Shown here: in pieces, positions 27,950 to 39,988 of the stretch
Layout of the letters: each line of letters starts with the position of its first letter
Position numbering within the stretch: the stretch's first letter is position 1
Source: Escherichia phage MX01
Sequence record: NC_031934.1
Strand: one strand, 5' to 3'
Length of the DNA stretch: 64,000 bases
The notes under the pieces: model-generated
Seen by the model: the letters and a program-made list of their open reading frames with translations, nothing else
Told to the model about the DNA's origin: nothing
Database searches by the model: none
Made by a program: the position numbers and the translations under genes

Positions 27950-28885
27950 ATGGCAAGTGAATCATATAACCCTAAGCAACTCAAGGACGCAATCCTGCGC
28001 CGCCTGGGTGCACCGATTACAAATATTGAAGTAACTACAGACCAAGTATACGATTGCATCCAGCGCGCCCTGGAGCTCTACGGTGAATATCATTATAACG
28101 GCTATAACAAAGGTTATCAGGCTTTTTATATAGGCCATGATGACGAAGAAAAATTCCGTAACGGCGTATTTGACCTTAAAGGCCGTAATATATTTGCGGT
28201 AACACAAATTTTGAGAACCAACGTAGGTTCTTTAACATCTATGGATGGCCAAGCGACTTATCCGTGGTTTACTGATTTTGTATTAGGCTTGGCCGGTATT
28301 AATGGTGGTCTTGGAACTTCTTGTAACAGCTTTGGGCCTAATGCCTTTGGTGCTGACCTTGGGTATTTTACACAATTAATGCAATATCGTTCTATGATGC
28401 AGGACCTTTTGGTTCCATTGCCTGATTATTGGTATAACGATGCTACTGAACAGTTGAAGGTAATGGGTAACTTTGTTAAAGGCGATTTTATTGTAATTGA
28501 AGTTTATACTCGCTCTTTTAATGGGGTCGATTCTATGGTAGGAAATACCGCAGGATATGGATACGCCTCTGGTGGGTGCGACGAAAATGAATGGAGCCCC
28601 GGAGCTATTTGGGATAACCCGGCTCGTCGTATTTCAGGTATGAGGGCAGGTGAAGACCTTGGTTTGCAAGATGGTTCATATAATAACCGTTGGGTCAAAG
28701 ATTATGCGACGGCATTGGTTAAAGAAGTCAATGGTAATATTTTGGCCAAACACCAAGGCATGCAACTTGCGGGTGGAACCACTGTAGATGGTATTCGATT
28801 GATTGAAGAAGCTCGTTTAGAAAAAGAACGCCTTCGCGAAGAATTAGATTTACTCGACCCACCAACACCTATTTTAATTGGATAA
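27950..28885 (+). CDS. 13: gp13 neck protein
   Basis: 311 aa; position after wac. Confidence 0.9.
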   Translation: MASESYNPKQLKDAILRRLGAPITNIEVTTDQVYDCIQRALELYGEYHYNGYNKGYQAFYIGHDDEEKFRNGVFDLKGRNIFAVTQILRTNVGSLTSMDGQATYPWFTDFVLGLAGINGGLGTSCNSFGPNAFGADLGYFTQLMQYRSMMQDLLVPLPDYWYNDATEQLKVMGNFVKGDFIVIEVYTRSFNGVDSMVGNTAGYGYASGGCDENEWSPGAIWDNPARRISGMRAGEDLGLQDGSYNNRWVKDYATALVKEVNGNILAKHQGMQLAGGTTVDGIRLIEEARLEKERLREELDLLDPPTPILIG

Positions 28886-28887
28886 TT

Positions 28888-29514
28888 ATGTTTTATAGAT
28901 TATACGTGACTGAGTTTGAAACGTCGGACGGATTAAAAATTTATGGCGGTAAAAGACATTCGGATAAATCTAATCCAAAGCTGGATTCATACGTTGGCTC
29001 AGGAACGTATATTTCGAATGCTAAGAAAAAATATGGACGAAACTGTATAAAACAGGTATTATGGTCGAAAGATTTCGGTAATCCGGAATTATTAAAGGAA
29101 GCCGAAGAACTTTTAGTCGATATTCTTAAAGAAGATTTTGCTCAGTGTGTTAATTTGGTAAAAGGAGGACAAGGTGGTCCTTCTTATTACAATCCTAAAG
29201 ATAACCCTAATATAGGTAAAACCCGTTCTATAGAATCAAGAAAAAGAATGTCAGAGGCGGCAAAATCAAGAGAATGGACTGAAGAAGGGCTAAAGCGTAG
29301 AAAAGAATCTACCGCATTAATGTGGACGCGTGTGAAACACCCAGATTTTACCGGTAGTAAAAATCCTGCGGCCAGAGCAGTTAGAGTCGGAGAAATGGTA
29401 TTCTCGACAGGTAAAGAATGCGCCGAGTATTTTGGTATAGTCAAAAGCGCAGTTATTAATAGAATAAAGAATGATAAACCTAAATGGAAGGAGTGGAGTT
29501 ATGTCGACATTTGA
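28888..29514 (+). CDS. GIY-YIG family homing endonuclease (Seg-like), free-standing
   Basis: N-terminal ...[12 protein letters not shown]...YVGSG pattern as in T4 Seg proteins; NUMOD-like [11 protein letters not shown]; C-terminal helix-turn-helix-like [22 protein letters not shown]; weak RBS. Confidence 0.65.
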   Translation: MFYRLYVTEFETSDGLKIYGGKRHSDKSNPKLDSYVGSGTYISNAKKKYGRNCIKQVLWSKDFGNPELLKEAEELLVDILKEDFAQCVNLVKGGQGGPSYYNPKDNPNIGKTRSIESRKRMSEAAKSREWTEEGLKRRKESTALMWTRVKHPDFTGSKNPAARAVRVGEMVFSTGKECAEYFGIVKSAVINRIKNDKPKWKEWSYVDI

Positions 29515-30274
29515 TTCTAGTCTTTTCGCCAAACTAGAAAATAATACAGGTTACGCTAATACGAACGAAGCCGAAATTCTCAATCCCTTTGTCAACTTCT
29601 ACAAGCATGAGAATACCCAAACATTGGCTGATGCTTTAGTTGCTGAGTCTATTCAAATGCGTGGTATTGAGCTTTATTATATACCACGTGAATACGTTAA
29701 TCCAGACCAGCTATTTGGCGAAGACCTTCAGAACAAATTTACTAAAGCCTGGAAATTTGCAGGTTATTTGGATTCCTTTGAAGGTTATTCCGGTGACAAT
29801 ACTTATTTCAGTAAGTTCGGTATGATGGTTAATGATGAAGTAACAATCACAATTAACCCTAACCTTTTTAAACATCAATGCAATGGCACTGAACCTGTTT
29901 CAGGTGATTTGATTTATTTCCCAATGGACAACAGCCTATTCGAAATTAACTGGGTACAACCTTACGACCCGTTCTATCAAGTGGGTGCTAACGTCCAGCG
30001 TCGAATCACTGCTACCAAGTTCATTTACAATGGTGAAGAACTTCGTCCTGAATTACAGAGAAATGAAGGTATTAATATTCCTGAGTTTAGTGAGCTTGAT
30101 TTAATGCCTGTTAAGAATATCGACGGATTGGCTGATATCTCCGACATTCAATACGAAGAGGTCAATGAGATTAACGCCGAAGCGGCTGAATTCGTACATC
30201 CTTATGTTGTAATTAATGGACGAGGAGAGGATGCTCCTCCTACAGCATTTGATGATGCTTTTTTAGATGATTAA
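29501..30274 (+). CDS. 14: gp14 neck protein
   Basis: Track ORF starts at 29471; ATG 29501 with GGAGG RBS preferred; overlaps the endonuclease 3' end by 14 nt. Confidence 0.85.
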   Translation: MSTFDSSLFAKLENNTGYANTNEAEILNPFVNFYKHENTQTLADALVAESIQMRGIELYYIPREYVNPDQLFGEDLQNKFTKAWKFAGYLDSFEGYSGDNTYFSKFGMMVNDEVTITINPNLFKHQCNGTEPVSGDLIYFPMDNSLFEINWVQPYDPFYQVGANVQRRITATKFIYNGEELRPELQRNEGINIPEFSELDLMPVKNIDGLADISDIQYEEVNEINAEAAEFVHPYVVINGRGEDAPPTAFDDAFLDD

Positions 30275-30281
30275 ATAATAC

Positions 30282-30304
30282 ATGGCGCATGGTGCGCCAT
30301 TTTG
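30282..30304 (+). terminator. hairpin after gene 14 (weak U tract)
   Basis: ATGGCGCA-TGG-TGCGCCAT followed by TTTGAG. Confidence 0.45.
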
Positions 30305-30315
30305 AGAGGTGATTT

Positions 30316-31178
30316 ATTTTTGGCCACTGGTACAATTCATCGCTGCGTCGCTATATTGTTTTGATGGGTGATTTATTTTCCCATGTCCAAGTAGCGCGTC
30401 AAAGAGAAGATACAGGACTTAAATTTATTAAGGTCCCTATTACGTATGCTTCTAAAGAAAGATTTATGGCAAATTTGGGTAAATGGACGGCCGTTCAAAA
30501 TATTCCAAATCCTAATATGTCTCCTAAAGAACGAGCTGAACAAAAGGCTAAAGTGGAAACAGTTCTTCCACGTATGAACCTTCAAATGGTTGATATGCTT
30601 TATAACTCACAATACAAAACAGCTCTTCAGAACAGAACACAAATTCAATTTGAGAATGGTGACCCGAGAAAACGAGTCAGCCAATATTCTCCTACTCCGG
30701 TTAAAATGATTTTCGAACTGGGTATTTACACTAGAACCCAAGATGATATGTTCCAAATTGTGGAACAGATTATGCCTTATTTCCAACCTCACTTTAATAC
30801 AACAATCACCGAACTCTATACAAACGAGATTAAATTTGACCGTGATATTCGTATTGTGTTCCAGTCTATTGCAATGGACGAACAATTGGAAGGTGATACC
30901 ACTTCTCGTCGTCGCTTAGAATGGTCTATGATGTTTGAGGTTAACGGATGGTTATATCCTCCTGTGAAGGAAATGGAAGGCGAAATTAAAACCATTTATC
31001 TTGATTTCTTTGCTAATTCAAAGGAACTCGCTCCTGAAGGTAATTTCGAATCGGTTGATAGCGAAGTGGTTCCGAGAGGTGTAGAACAAACAGAATGGGA
31101 TGGAAGTTCCGTTCAAACATATTCACAAGATATTCCAGTGCCTGTCGAGCCAGCGCCTCCAGCACCAAGGAGAAACCC

Positions 31179-31182
<4 letters not shown>
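30316..31182 (+). CDS. 15: gp15 tail sheath stabilizer / completion protein, apparent ATT start
   Basis: Track ORF begins at TTG 30361, but 15 upstream in-frame codons ([15 protein letters not shown]) align with the recalled T4 gp15 N-terminus MFGYFYNSSFRRYAT; the only candidate initiator is ATT 30316, 6 nt after GAGAGG. Confidence 0.75.
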
Positions 31183-33492
<2,310 letters not shown>

Positions 33493-33521
33493 ACAATAAA
33501 GCATAACCAAGAGGATTCAAA

Positions 33522-35504
33522 ATGGCTTTATTATCACCGGGCATTGAGCTCAAAGAAACGTCCGTACAGAGTACTGTCGTTCGTAACGCAACGGGTCGTG
33601 CAGCGCTGGTTGGTAAATTCCAGTGGGGCCCTGCTTTCCAGGTAACTCAGATTACTAATGAAGTTGAACTGGTCGACTTATTTGGAGGTCCTAATAACGA
33701 AGTTGCCGATTACTTCATGTCGGGTATGAACTTCCTCCAGTATGGTAACGACCTTCGTACTGTTCGTGTTGTTAACCGTGAATTCGCTAAAAACGCATCT
33801 CCGGTAGCAGGTAACGTCCAAACCACTATTACTACTGCAGGTTCTAACTATGCGGTAGGCGATAAAATTAATATCAAATATAACCAGACTGTTGTTGAAT
33901 CTGAAGGTCGTGTAACTTCGGTTGATACCGACGGTAAAATTATGTCGGTGTTTATTCCTACCGGCAAGATTATTTCTTATGCTCGTTCTGTTAACCAATA
34001 TCCAGACCTTGGCGCTGCGTGGACTGCTGAAGTAACTTCTGCCTCTTCAGGTGTTTCTGGTACTATTACTGTCGGTAAAATCGTAACCGATTCCGGTATT
34101 CTGTTGACTGAAGCAGAGAACAGTGAAGAAGCTATTACTTCCCTAGAATTCCAAGCATCTCTTAAACAGTTTGGTATGCCTGGTGTAGTTGCTCTTTATC
34201 CTGGCGAAATTGGTAGTACTCTGGAAGTTGAAATTGTTTCTAAAGCGGCTTATGATGCAGGTTCTACTAAAATGTTGGATATTTATCCAAATGGCGGTAC
34301 TCGTGCTTCTGTAGCTAAAGCGGTATTCAACTACGGACCTCAGACCGATAACCAGTACGCTATTATTGTTCGTCGTGACGGTGCAATCGTAGAATCCGTC
34401 GTACTTTCTACCAAAGAAGGCGAAAAAGACGTTTACGGTAATAACATCTATCTGGATGATTATTTCGCTAAAGGTACTTCGAACTATATCTTCGCTACCT
34501 CGCTGAACTGGCCAGCCGGTTTTAGTGGTATCATTAATCTTATGGGTGGTGTATCTGCTAACGACCAGGTTACTGCAGGTGATTTGATGCAGGGTTGGGA
34601 TTTGTTCGCCGACCGTGAAGCACTCCATATTAACCTTTTGATTGCTGGTGCTGTTGCCGGTGAAGGTGATGAAGTTGCTTCTACCGTCCAGAAACACGTT
34701 GTTAGTATTGCTGATGAACGTCAGGATTGCTTAGCATTTATTTCTCCTCCTAAAGGACTGTTGGTTAACGTTCCATTGACTCGTGCAGTAGATAATCTTA
34801 TCGACTGGCGTACCGGTGCAGGTACTTTCGATGCCAACAACATGAACATTAGCACCACTTATGCTGCTATTGATGGTAACTATAAATATCAGTATGACAA
34901 ATATAATGACGTAAACCGTTGGGTGCCTCTGGCCGCTGATATGGCTGGTTTGTGTGCGCGTACAGATGATGTTTCTCAGCCTTGGATGTCTCCGGCCGGT
35001 TATAACCGTGGTCAGATTCTTAACGTTCTGAAATTGGCAATTGAACCACGTCAAGCTCAACGTGACCGCATGTACCAAGAAGCTATTAACCCGGTTGTCG
35101 GTTTTGCTGGTGGTGATGGATTCGTATTGTTTGGTGATAAGACTGCAACTAAAGTTCCATCTCCGATGGACCACATTAACGTTCGCCGTCTGTTCAACAT
35201 GCTTAAGAAAAATATCGGTGATGCCTCTAAATATAAGCTGTTTGAATTGAACGACAACTTCACTCGTTCAAGCTTCCGTATGGAAGTTTCTCAGTATTTA
35301 GATGGTATTAAGGCACTTGGTGGGATTTATGAAGGACGTGTGGTTTGTGATACTACGGTGAACACCCCTGCGGTTATCGACCGTAATGAGTTTATTGCTA
35401 ATATCTATGTTAAACCTTCTCGTTCTATTAACTACATCACGTTGAACTTCGTCGCAACGAGCACTGGTGCTGATTTTGATGAATTGATTGGACCTTTAGT
35501 ATAA
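33522..35504 (+). CDS. 18: gp18 tail sheath protein
   Basis: 660 aa; position and size as T4 gp18. Confidence 0.95.
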   Translation: MALLSPGIELKETSVQSTVVRNATGRAALVGKFQWGPAFQVTQITNEVELVDLFGGPNNEVADYFMSGMNFLQYGNDLRTVRVVNREFAKNASPVAGNVQTTITTAGSNYAVGDKINIKYNQTVVESEGRVTSVDTDGKIMSVFIPTGKIISYARSVNQYPDLGAAWTAEVTSASSGVSGTITVGKIVTDSGILLTEAENSEEAITSLEFQASLKQFGMPGVVALYPGEIGSTLEVEIVSKAAYDAGSTKMLDIYPNGGTRASVAKAVFNYGPQTDNQYAIIVRRDGAIVESVVLSTKEGEKDVYGNNIYLDDYFAKGTSNYIFATSLNWPAGFSGIINLMGGVSANDQVTAGDLMQGWDLFADREALHINLLIAGAVAGEGDEVASTVQKHVVSIADERQDCLAFISPPKGLLVNVPLTRAVDNLIDWRTGAGTFDANNMNISTTYAAIDGNYKYQYDKYNDVNRWVPLAADMAGLCARTDDVSQPWMSPAGYNRGQILNVLKLAIEPRQAQRDRMYQEAINPVVGFAGGDGFVLFGDKTATKVPSPMDHINVRRLFNMLKKNIGDASKYKLFELNDNFTRSSFRMEVSQYLDGIKALGGIYEGRVVCDTTVNTPAVIDRNEFIANIYVKPSRSINYITLNFVATSTGADFDELIGPLV

Positions 35505-35629
35505 TCTATTATCCCAGGCTGTAATATAAAGAACCTAAAACCATTATACCATGTGTTTGGTTACAGCGTACATCACGTAGAATTGCGCCTGGGATTGATT
35601 ATTCTTTAGGAATATGATTTATCAACTGT

Positions 35630-35637
35630 TATAAATA
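35630..35637 (+). promoter_or_regulatory. late promoter TATAAATA for gene 19
   Basis: Exact TATAAATA, followed by leader hairpin GTTCCTGG-tgtgt-CCAGGAAC (35651-35671). Confidence 0.55.
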
Positions 35638-35689
35638 AATTAATCAGAACGTTCCTGGTGTGTCCAGGAACTGACTTATGAGGCATCCC

Positions 35690-36181
35690 ATGGAGTTGAC
35701 AGATATCACTCGTGCATTTGAGTCAGGTGACTTTGCACGCCCTAACCTTTTCGAAGTGGAAATTCCATTTCTTGGTAAAAACTTTAGCTTTAAATGTAAA
35801 GCAGCACCTATGCCGGCAGGCATTGTAGAAAAAGTACCGGTTGGCTACATGAACCGTAAAATTAACGTAGCTGGTGACCGTACGTTTGATGATTGGACCA
35901 TTACCATTTATAACGATGATGCACATGACACTCGTCAAGCAATTGTTGATTGGCAGAATCTCTGTCATGGTATGACCAATGAAATCACCGGTGCAGCACC
36001 TGCAGAATATAAGAAACAAGCAGTAGTTCGCCAGTTCCATCGTGACGGCAAGACTGTGACCAAAGAAGTTACAATTTACGGCTTATGGCCTACTAACGTT
36101 GGTGAAGTCCAGATGGATTGGGACAGCAACAACGAGGTAGAAACTTTCGAATCTACGTTCGCTATCGATTGGTGGGAATGA
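35690..36181 (+). CDS. 19: gp19 tail tube protein
   Basis: From ATG 35690 (GAGG RBS): ...DITRAFESGDFARPNLFEVEI... matches recalled T4 gp19; the track start 35678 adds 4 residues. Confidence 0.9.
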   Translation: MELTDITRAFESGDFARPNLFEVEIPFLGKNFSFKCKAAPMPAGIVEKVPVGYMNRKINVAGDRTFDDWTITIYNDDAHDTRQAIVDWQNLCHGMTNEITGAAPAEYKKQAVVRQFHRDGKTVTKEVTIYGLWPTNVGEVQMDWDSNNEVETFESTFAIDWWE

Positions 36182-36182
36182 G

Positions 36183-36190
36183 TATAAATA
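36183..36190 (+). promoter_or_regulatory. late promoter TATAAATA for gene 20
   Basis: Exact TATAAATA, followed by leader hairpin GGAGC-TTCG-GCTCC (36201-36214). Confidence 0.55.
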
Positions 36191-36238
36191 GAATTATCAA
36201 GGAGCTTCGGCTCCTTATCCCATTCATCGGAGACTCTA

Positions 36239-37813
36239 ATGGCAAACTTTAATACAATATTAAGTTTTCTTAAGCCATGGGCTAATGAAGACGAAAAAGA
36301 ATATAAACAACAAATTAATAACAATTTAGAGTCTGTCACCGCACCTAAGCTTGATGATGGCGCTCGCGAAATTGAGACACAAGAGCAAAATATTCCTTAT
36401 AATGCTCTTATGCAACAGATGTTTGGTAGTAATGAGCCTGAAGTTAAAAATACCAGGGAACTTATTGATACCTACCGTAATTTAATGAACAACTATGAAG
36501 TCGACAACGCCGTACAGGAAATTGTGTCTGACGCTATTGTCTATGAGGATGATAAAGAAGTAGTTGCATTGAATTTAGACGGGACAGAATTTAGTCAAGC
36601 AATTAAAGATAAAATCTTGGCCGAATTCAGTGAAGTTTTAAACCTTTTAAATTTCCAACGTAAAGGCACTGACCATTTCCAGCGCTGGTATGTAGACTCA
36701 AGAATTTTCTTTCATAAAATTATAAACCCTAAAAAAATGAAAGATGGCGTACAAGAGCTTCGTCGCTTAGACCCACGCCAAGTCCAATATATTCGTGAAA
36801 TCGTTACACGTATGGAAGATGGTGTTAAAGTTGTAGACGGATATCGCGAGTTTTTCGTTTATGATACAGGCCATGAAAGTTATTGCGCTGATGGACGCAT
36901 TTATTCAGCCGGGACTAAAGTTAAAATTCCTCGTGCTGCTGTGGTTTATGCACATTCCGGATTATTAGATTGTTGTGGTAAAAACATCATCGGCTATTTG
37001 CAACGCGCTATTAAGCCTGCAAACCAGCTTAAATTGATGGAAGATGCAATGGTCATCTACCGTATTACCCGTGCTCCTGACCGTCGTGTATTCTATATCG
37101 ATACAGGTAATATGCCTTCACGTAAGGCTGCAGCACAAATGCAACATATCATGAACACGATGAAAAACCGTGTGGTGTATGATGCTTCGACAGGTAAAAT
37201 TAAAAACCAACAACACAATATGTCCATGACTGAAGACTATTGGTTGCAACGTCGTGATGGTAAAGCGGTAACAGAAGTTGATACAATGCCAGGTGCTACT
37301 GGTATGAGTGATATGGATGACGTTCTTTATTTCCGCACAGCACTTTACCGTGCGTTGCGTGTTCCTGAATCACGTATCCCTAGCGAGTCTAATTCTGGTG
37401 TTATGTTTGATGCCGGTACAGCAATCACTCGTGACGAATTAAAATTCTCTAAATGGATTCGTCAACTACAAAACAAATTTGAAGAAATTTTCCTAGACCC
37501 GTTAAAAACAAACCTCATTCTTAAAAAGATTATTACAGAAGATGAGTGGGAAAAGGAAATAAATAATATTAAAGTTACGTTTAACCGTGATAGCTATTTC
37601 AGTGAAATGAAAGATGCTGAAATCATGGAACGCAGAATCAATATGCTAACGATGGCTGAACCATTTATTGGTAAGTATATTTCACATCAAACGGCTATGA
37701 AAGATTTCCTCCAAATGACCGACGAAGAAATTAATCAAGAAGCTAAGCAAATTGAAGAAGAGTCTAAAGAGGCTCGTTTCCAAAACCCAGATGAAGAAGA
37801 AGAGGATTTCTAA
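36239..37813 (+). CDS. 20: gp20 portal vertex protein
   Basis: 524 aa, same length as T4 gp20; position before gene 67. Confidence 0.95.
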   Translation: MANFNTILSFLKPWANEDEKEYKQQINNNLESVTAPKLDDGAREIETQEQNIPYNALMQQMFGSNEPEVKNTRELIDTYRNLMNNYEVDNAVQEIVSDAIVYEDDKEVVALNLDGTEFSQAIKDKILAEFSEVLNLLNFQRKGTDHFQRWYVDSRIFFHKIINPKKMKDGVQELRRLDPRQVQYIREIVTRMEDGVKVVDGYREFFVYDTGHESYCADGRIYSAGTKVKIPRAAVVYAHSGLLDCCGKNIIGYLQRAIKPANQLKLMEDAMVIYRITRAPDRRVFYIDTGNMPSRKAAAQMQHIMNTMKNRVVYDASTGKIKNQQHNMSMTEDYWLQRRDGKAVTEVDTMPGATGMSDMDDVLYFRTALYRALRVPESRIPSESNSGVMFDAGTAITRDELKFSKWIRQLQNKFEEIFLDPLKTNLILKKIITEDEWEKEINNIKVTFNRDSYFSEMKDAEIMERRINMLTMAEPFIGKYISHQTAMKDFLQMTDEEINQEAKQIEEESKEARFQNPDEEEEDF

Positions 37814-38058
37814 TGGAAGATTTAATCGAAGCTATTAAATCAAACGACCTCGTAGCAGTTCGTAAAGCAGCAGCCCCGCTTATCGAATCTCGAGTAACCG
37901 CTTTGATTGAAGCCCGTAAAGCAGAAATTGCTCGCTCCGTTATGATTGAAGGCGAAGAAGCTGACGAAGATGACGAAGACGACGAAAAATCCGATAAAGC
38001 AGATAAGAAAGACAAAAAAGAATCTGACGATGCGGATGATGACGAGGACGACGAATAA
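37813..38058 (+). CDS. 67: gp67 prohead core protein
   Basis: 81 aa with poly-acidic C-terminus; TAATG overlap with gene 20. Confidence 0.8.
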   Translation: MEDLIEAIKSNDLVAVRKAAAPLIESRVTALIEARKAEIARSVMIEGEEADEDDEDDEKSDKADKKDKKESDDADDDEDDE

Positions 38059-38486
38059 TGTTCCTTATCCCTGATGATTACGAATTAACTCTAGAAAGTG
38101 TAGAGGCCAAAATTCCAGAAGCACAGGGACGTTTTGCTGCTCTTTCTGAAGCGCTCGAGAAAAGCGATATAAATAATCTTGTAGAGAACATGATTGCTGA
38201 AGGCGATATCGAATGTGCTATCGCTCTTGGTTCTTTAAATGAATCAATGGCTCTTAACGAATTTATCGTTAAACACGTTTCCTCTAAAGGTGTGCTTACT
38301 CGTACTAAAGATATTAAAACCCGTCAACGTAACGCATTCCAAACGACAGGTTTATCTAAAGCAAAACGCCGTCAGATTGCTCGTAAAGCATCTAAAACCA
38401 AACGTGCTAACCCGTCTACTCAAGTACGTGCCGAACGTAAGCGTAAGAAAGCCCGTTCTAAACGTAAAGCTTTTGGACTTAACTAA
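38058..38486 (+). CDS. 68: gp68 prohead core protein
   Basis: 142 aa with basic C-terminus; position between 67 and 21. Confidence 0.8.
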   Translation: MFLIPDDYELTLESVEAKIPEAQGRFAALSEALEKSDINNLVENMIAEGDIECAIALGSLNESMALNEFIVKHVSSKGVLTRTKDIKTRQRNAFQTTGLSKAKRRQIARKASKTKRANPSTQVRAERKRKKARSKRKAFGLN

Positions 38487-39121
38487 TGAAACCTGAATTG
38501 CTCATCGAACATTGGGGACAACCAGGTGAAATTATCGATGGGGTTCCTATGTTGGAATCTCATGATGGAAAAAATTCTGGGCTTGCTCCCGGCCTTTATA
38601 TAGAAGGCATTTTCATGCAAGCAGAGGTAGTTAACCGTAATAAACGCCTTTACCCAAAACCTATTTTGGAAAAAGCCGTTTCTGATTATATGGCAGAACA
38701 GGTTGCTACTAAACAAGCTTTAGGAGAATTAAACCATCCACCTCGTGCTAACGTTGACCCCATGCAAGCTGCTATCATTATTGAAGATATGTGGTGGAAA
38801 GGTAATGATGTTTATGGACGTGCACGTATCATCGAAGGTGACCATGGCCCGGGTGACAAACTAGCTGCAAATATCCGAGCTGGCTGGGTTCCTGGTGTTA
38901 GTTCTCGCGGTCTTGGTTCTTTAACTGAAACCAATAAAGGATATAAGCGTGTAAACGAAGGTTATAAATTAACCGTCGGTGTTGATGCAGTATGGGGACC
39001 ATCTGCTCCTGATGCTTATGTAACTCCAAAGCAAATTACAGAATCACAAACGGTAGAAACCGATACCAGTGCCGATGACGCCTTTATGGCTCTCGCAGAG
39101 GCCATGAAAAAAGCGTTATAA
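38486..39121 (+). CDS. 21: gp21 prohead core scaffold protein and protease
   Basis: 211 aa; position between 68 and 22. Confidence 0.9.
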   Translation: MKPELLIEHWGQPGEIIDGVPMLESHDGKNSGLAPGLYIEGIFMQAEVVNRNKRLYPKPILEKAVSDYMAEQVATKQALGELNHPPRANVDPMQAAIIIEDMWWKGNDVYGRARIIEGDHGPGDKLAANIRAGWVPGVSSRGLGSLTETNKGYKRVNEGYKLTVGVDAVWGPSAPDAYVTPKQITESQTVETDTSADDAFMALAEAMKKAL

Positions 39122-39124
39122 ATA
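39117..39124 (+). promoter_or_regulatory. late promoter TATAAATA for gene 22
   Basis: Exact TATAAATA overlapping the gene 21 stop. Confidence 0.55.
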
Positions 39125-39151
39125 TTATTATCTAAACAACAGGACTACAAA

Positions 39152-39967
39152 ATGCTTAAAGAACAACTGATCGCCGAAGCACAGAATATTGATGCTTCCG
39201 TTGCTCTTGATAGTATTTTCGAATCAGTTAATATTTCTCCGGAAGCAAAAGAAACTTTCGGCACTGTATTCGAAGCTACCGTCAAGCAACACGCCGTGAA
39301 ACTGGCTGAATCTCACATCGCTAAAATCGCTGAAAAAGCGGAAGAAGAAGTCGAGAAAAATAAAGAAGAAGCTGAAGAAAAAGCCGATAAGAAAATCCAA
39401 GAAGCTGCCGGTCGTTTCCTTGACCACGTTGCTAAAGAATGGATGGCTGAAAACCAGCTGGCTGTTGATAAAGGTATTAAAGCCGAACTGTTCGAATCCA
39501 TGTTGATGGGTATGAAAGAACTGTTTGTTGAACACAATGTGGTTGTTCCAGAAGAAGCAGTAGATGTTGTTGCTGAAATGGAAGAAGAGCTCCAAGAGCA
39601 GAAAGATGAAACCGCTCGTCTGTTCGAAGAAGTTGGTATGCGCGATGCGTATATTAATTACGTACAGCGTGAAGTTGCTGTTACGGAAGCAACTAAAGAC
39701 CTGACCGAATCTCAAAAAGAAAAAGTCAGTTCTCTGGTAGAAGGCATGGATTATTCCGATGCATTCGGTAAAAAAATTGGCGCTATTGTTGAAATGGTTA
39801 AAGGTCAGTCTGACGTTGGAACCCCAATCACCGAAGCCGCTATAAATAAAAATGTAGACGATGCTGCGGCACTGAATTACATTTCAGAAGCAGTTGAAGA
39901 AAAAGGCGCTAAGCCTACCCTGTCCTTCGCGGACCTGTCTGCAATCGCAGCATCACGAATTTCTTAA
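39152..39967 (+). CDS. 22: gp22 prohead core scaffold protein
   Basis: 271 aa acidic coiled-coil protein upstream of gene 23. Confidence 0.85.
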   Translation: MLKEQLIAEAQNIDASVALDSIFESVNISPEAKETFGTVFEATVKQHAVKLAESHIAKIAEKAEEEVEKNKEEAEEKADKKIQEAAGRFLDHVAKEWMAENQLAVDKGIKAELFESMLMGMKELFVEHNVVVPEEAVDVVAEMEEELQEQKDETARLFEEVGMRDAYINYVQREVAVTEATKDLTESQKEKVSSLVEGMDYSDAFGKKIGAIVEMVKGQSDVGTPITEAAINKNVDDAAALNYISEAVEEKGAKPTLSFADLSAIAASRIS

Positions 39968-39988
39968 TTTAATAAGGTTATACAACAC

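Noticed and set aside
27055-28059. 334-aa minus-strand ORF
   Set aside because: Antisense to the 3' end of wac and 5' end of gene 13; low-complexity translation; no signals.
29471-29500. N-terminal extension of gp14 from ATG 29471
   Set aside because: ATG 29501 has a GGAGG RBS at ideal spacing and gives a size close to T4 gp14; the extension would lie deeper inside the endonuclease gene.
34143-35174. Minus-strand ORFs of 184 and 147 aa
   Set aside because: Antisense within tail sheath gene 18.
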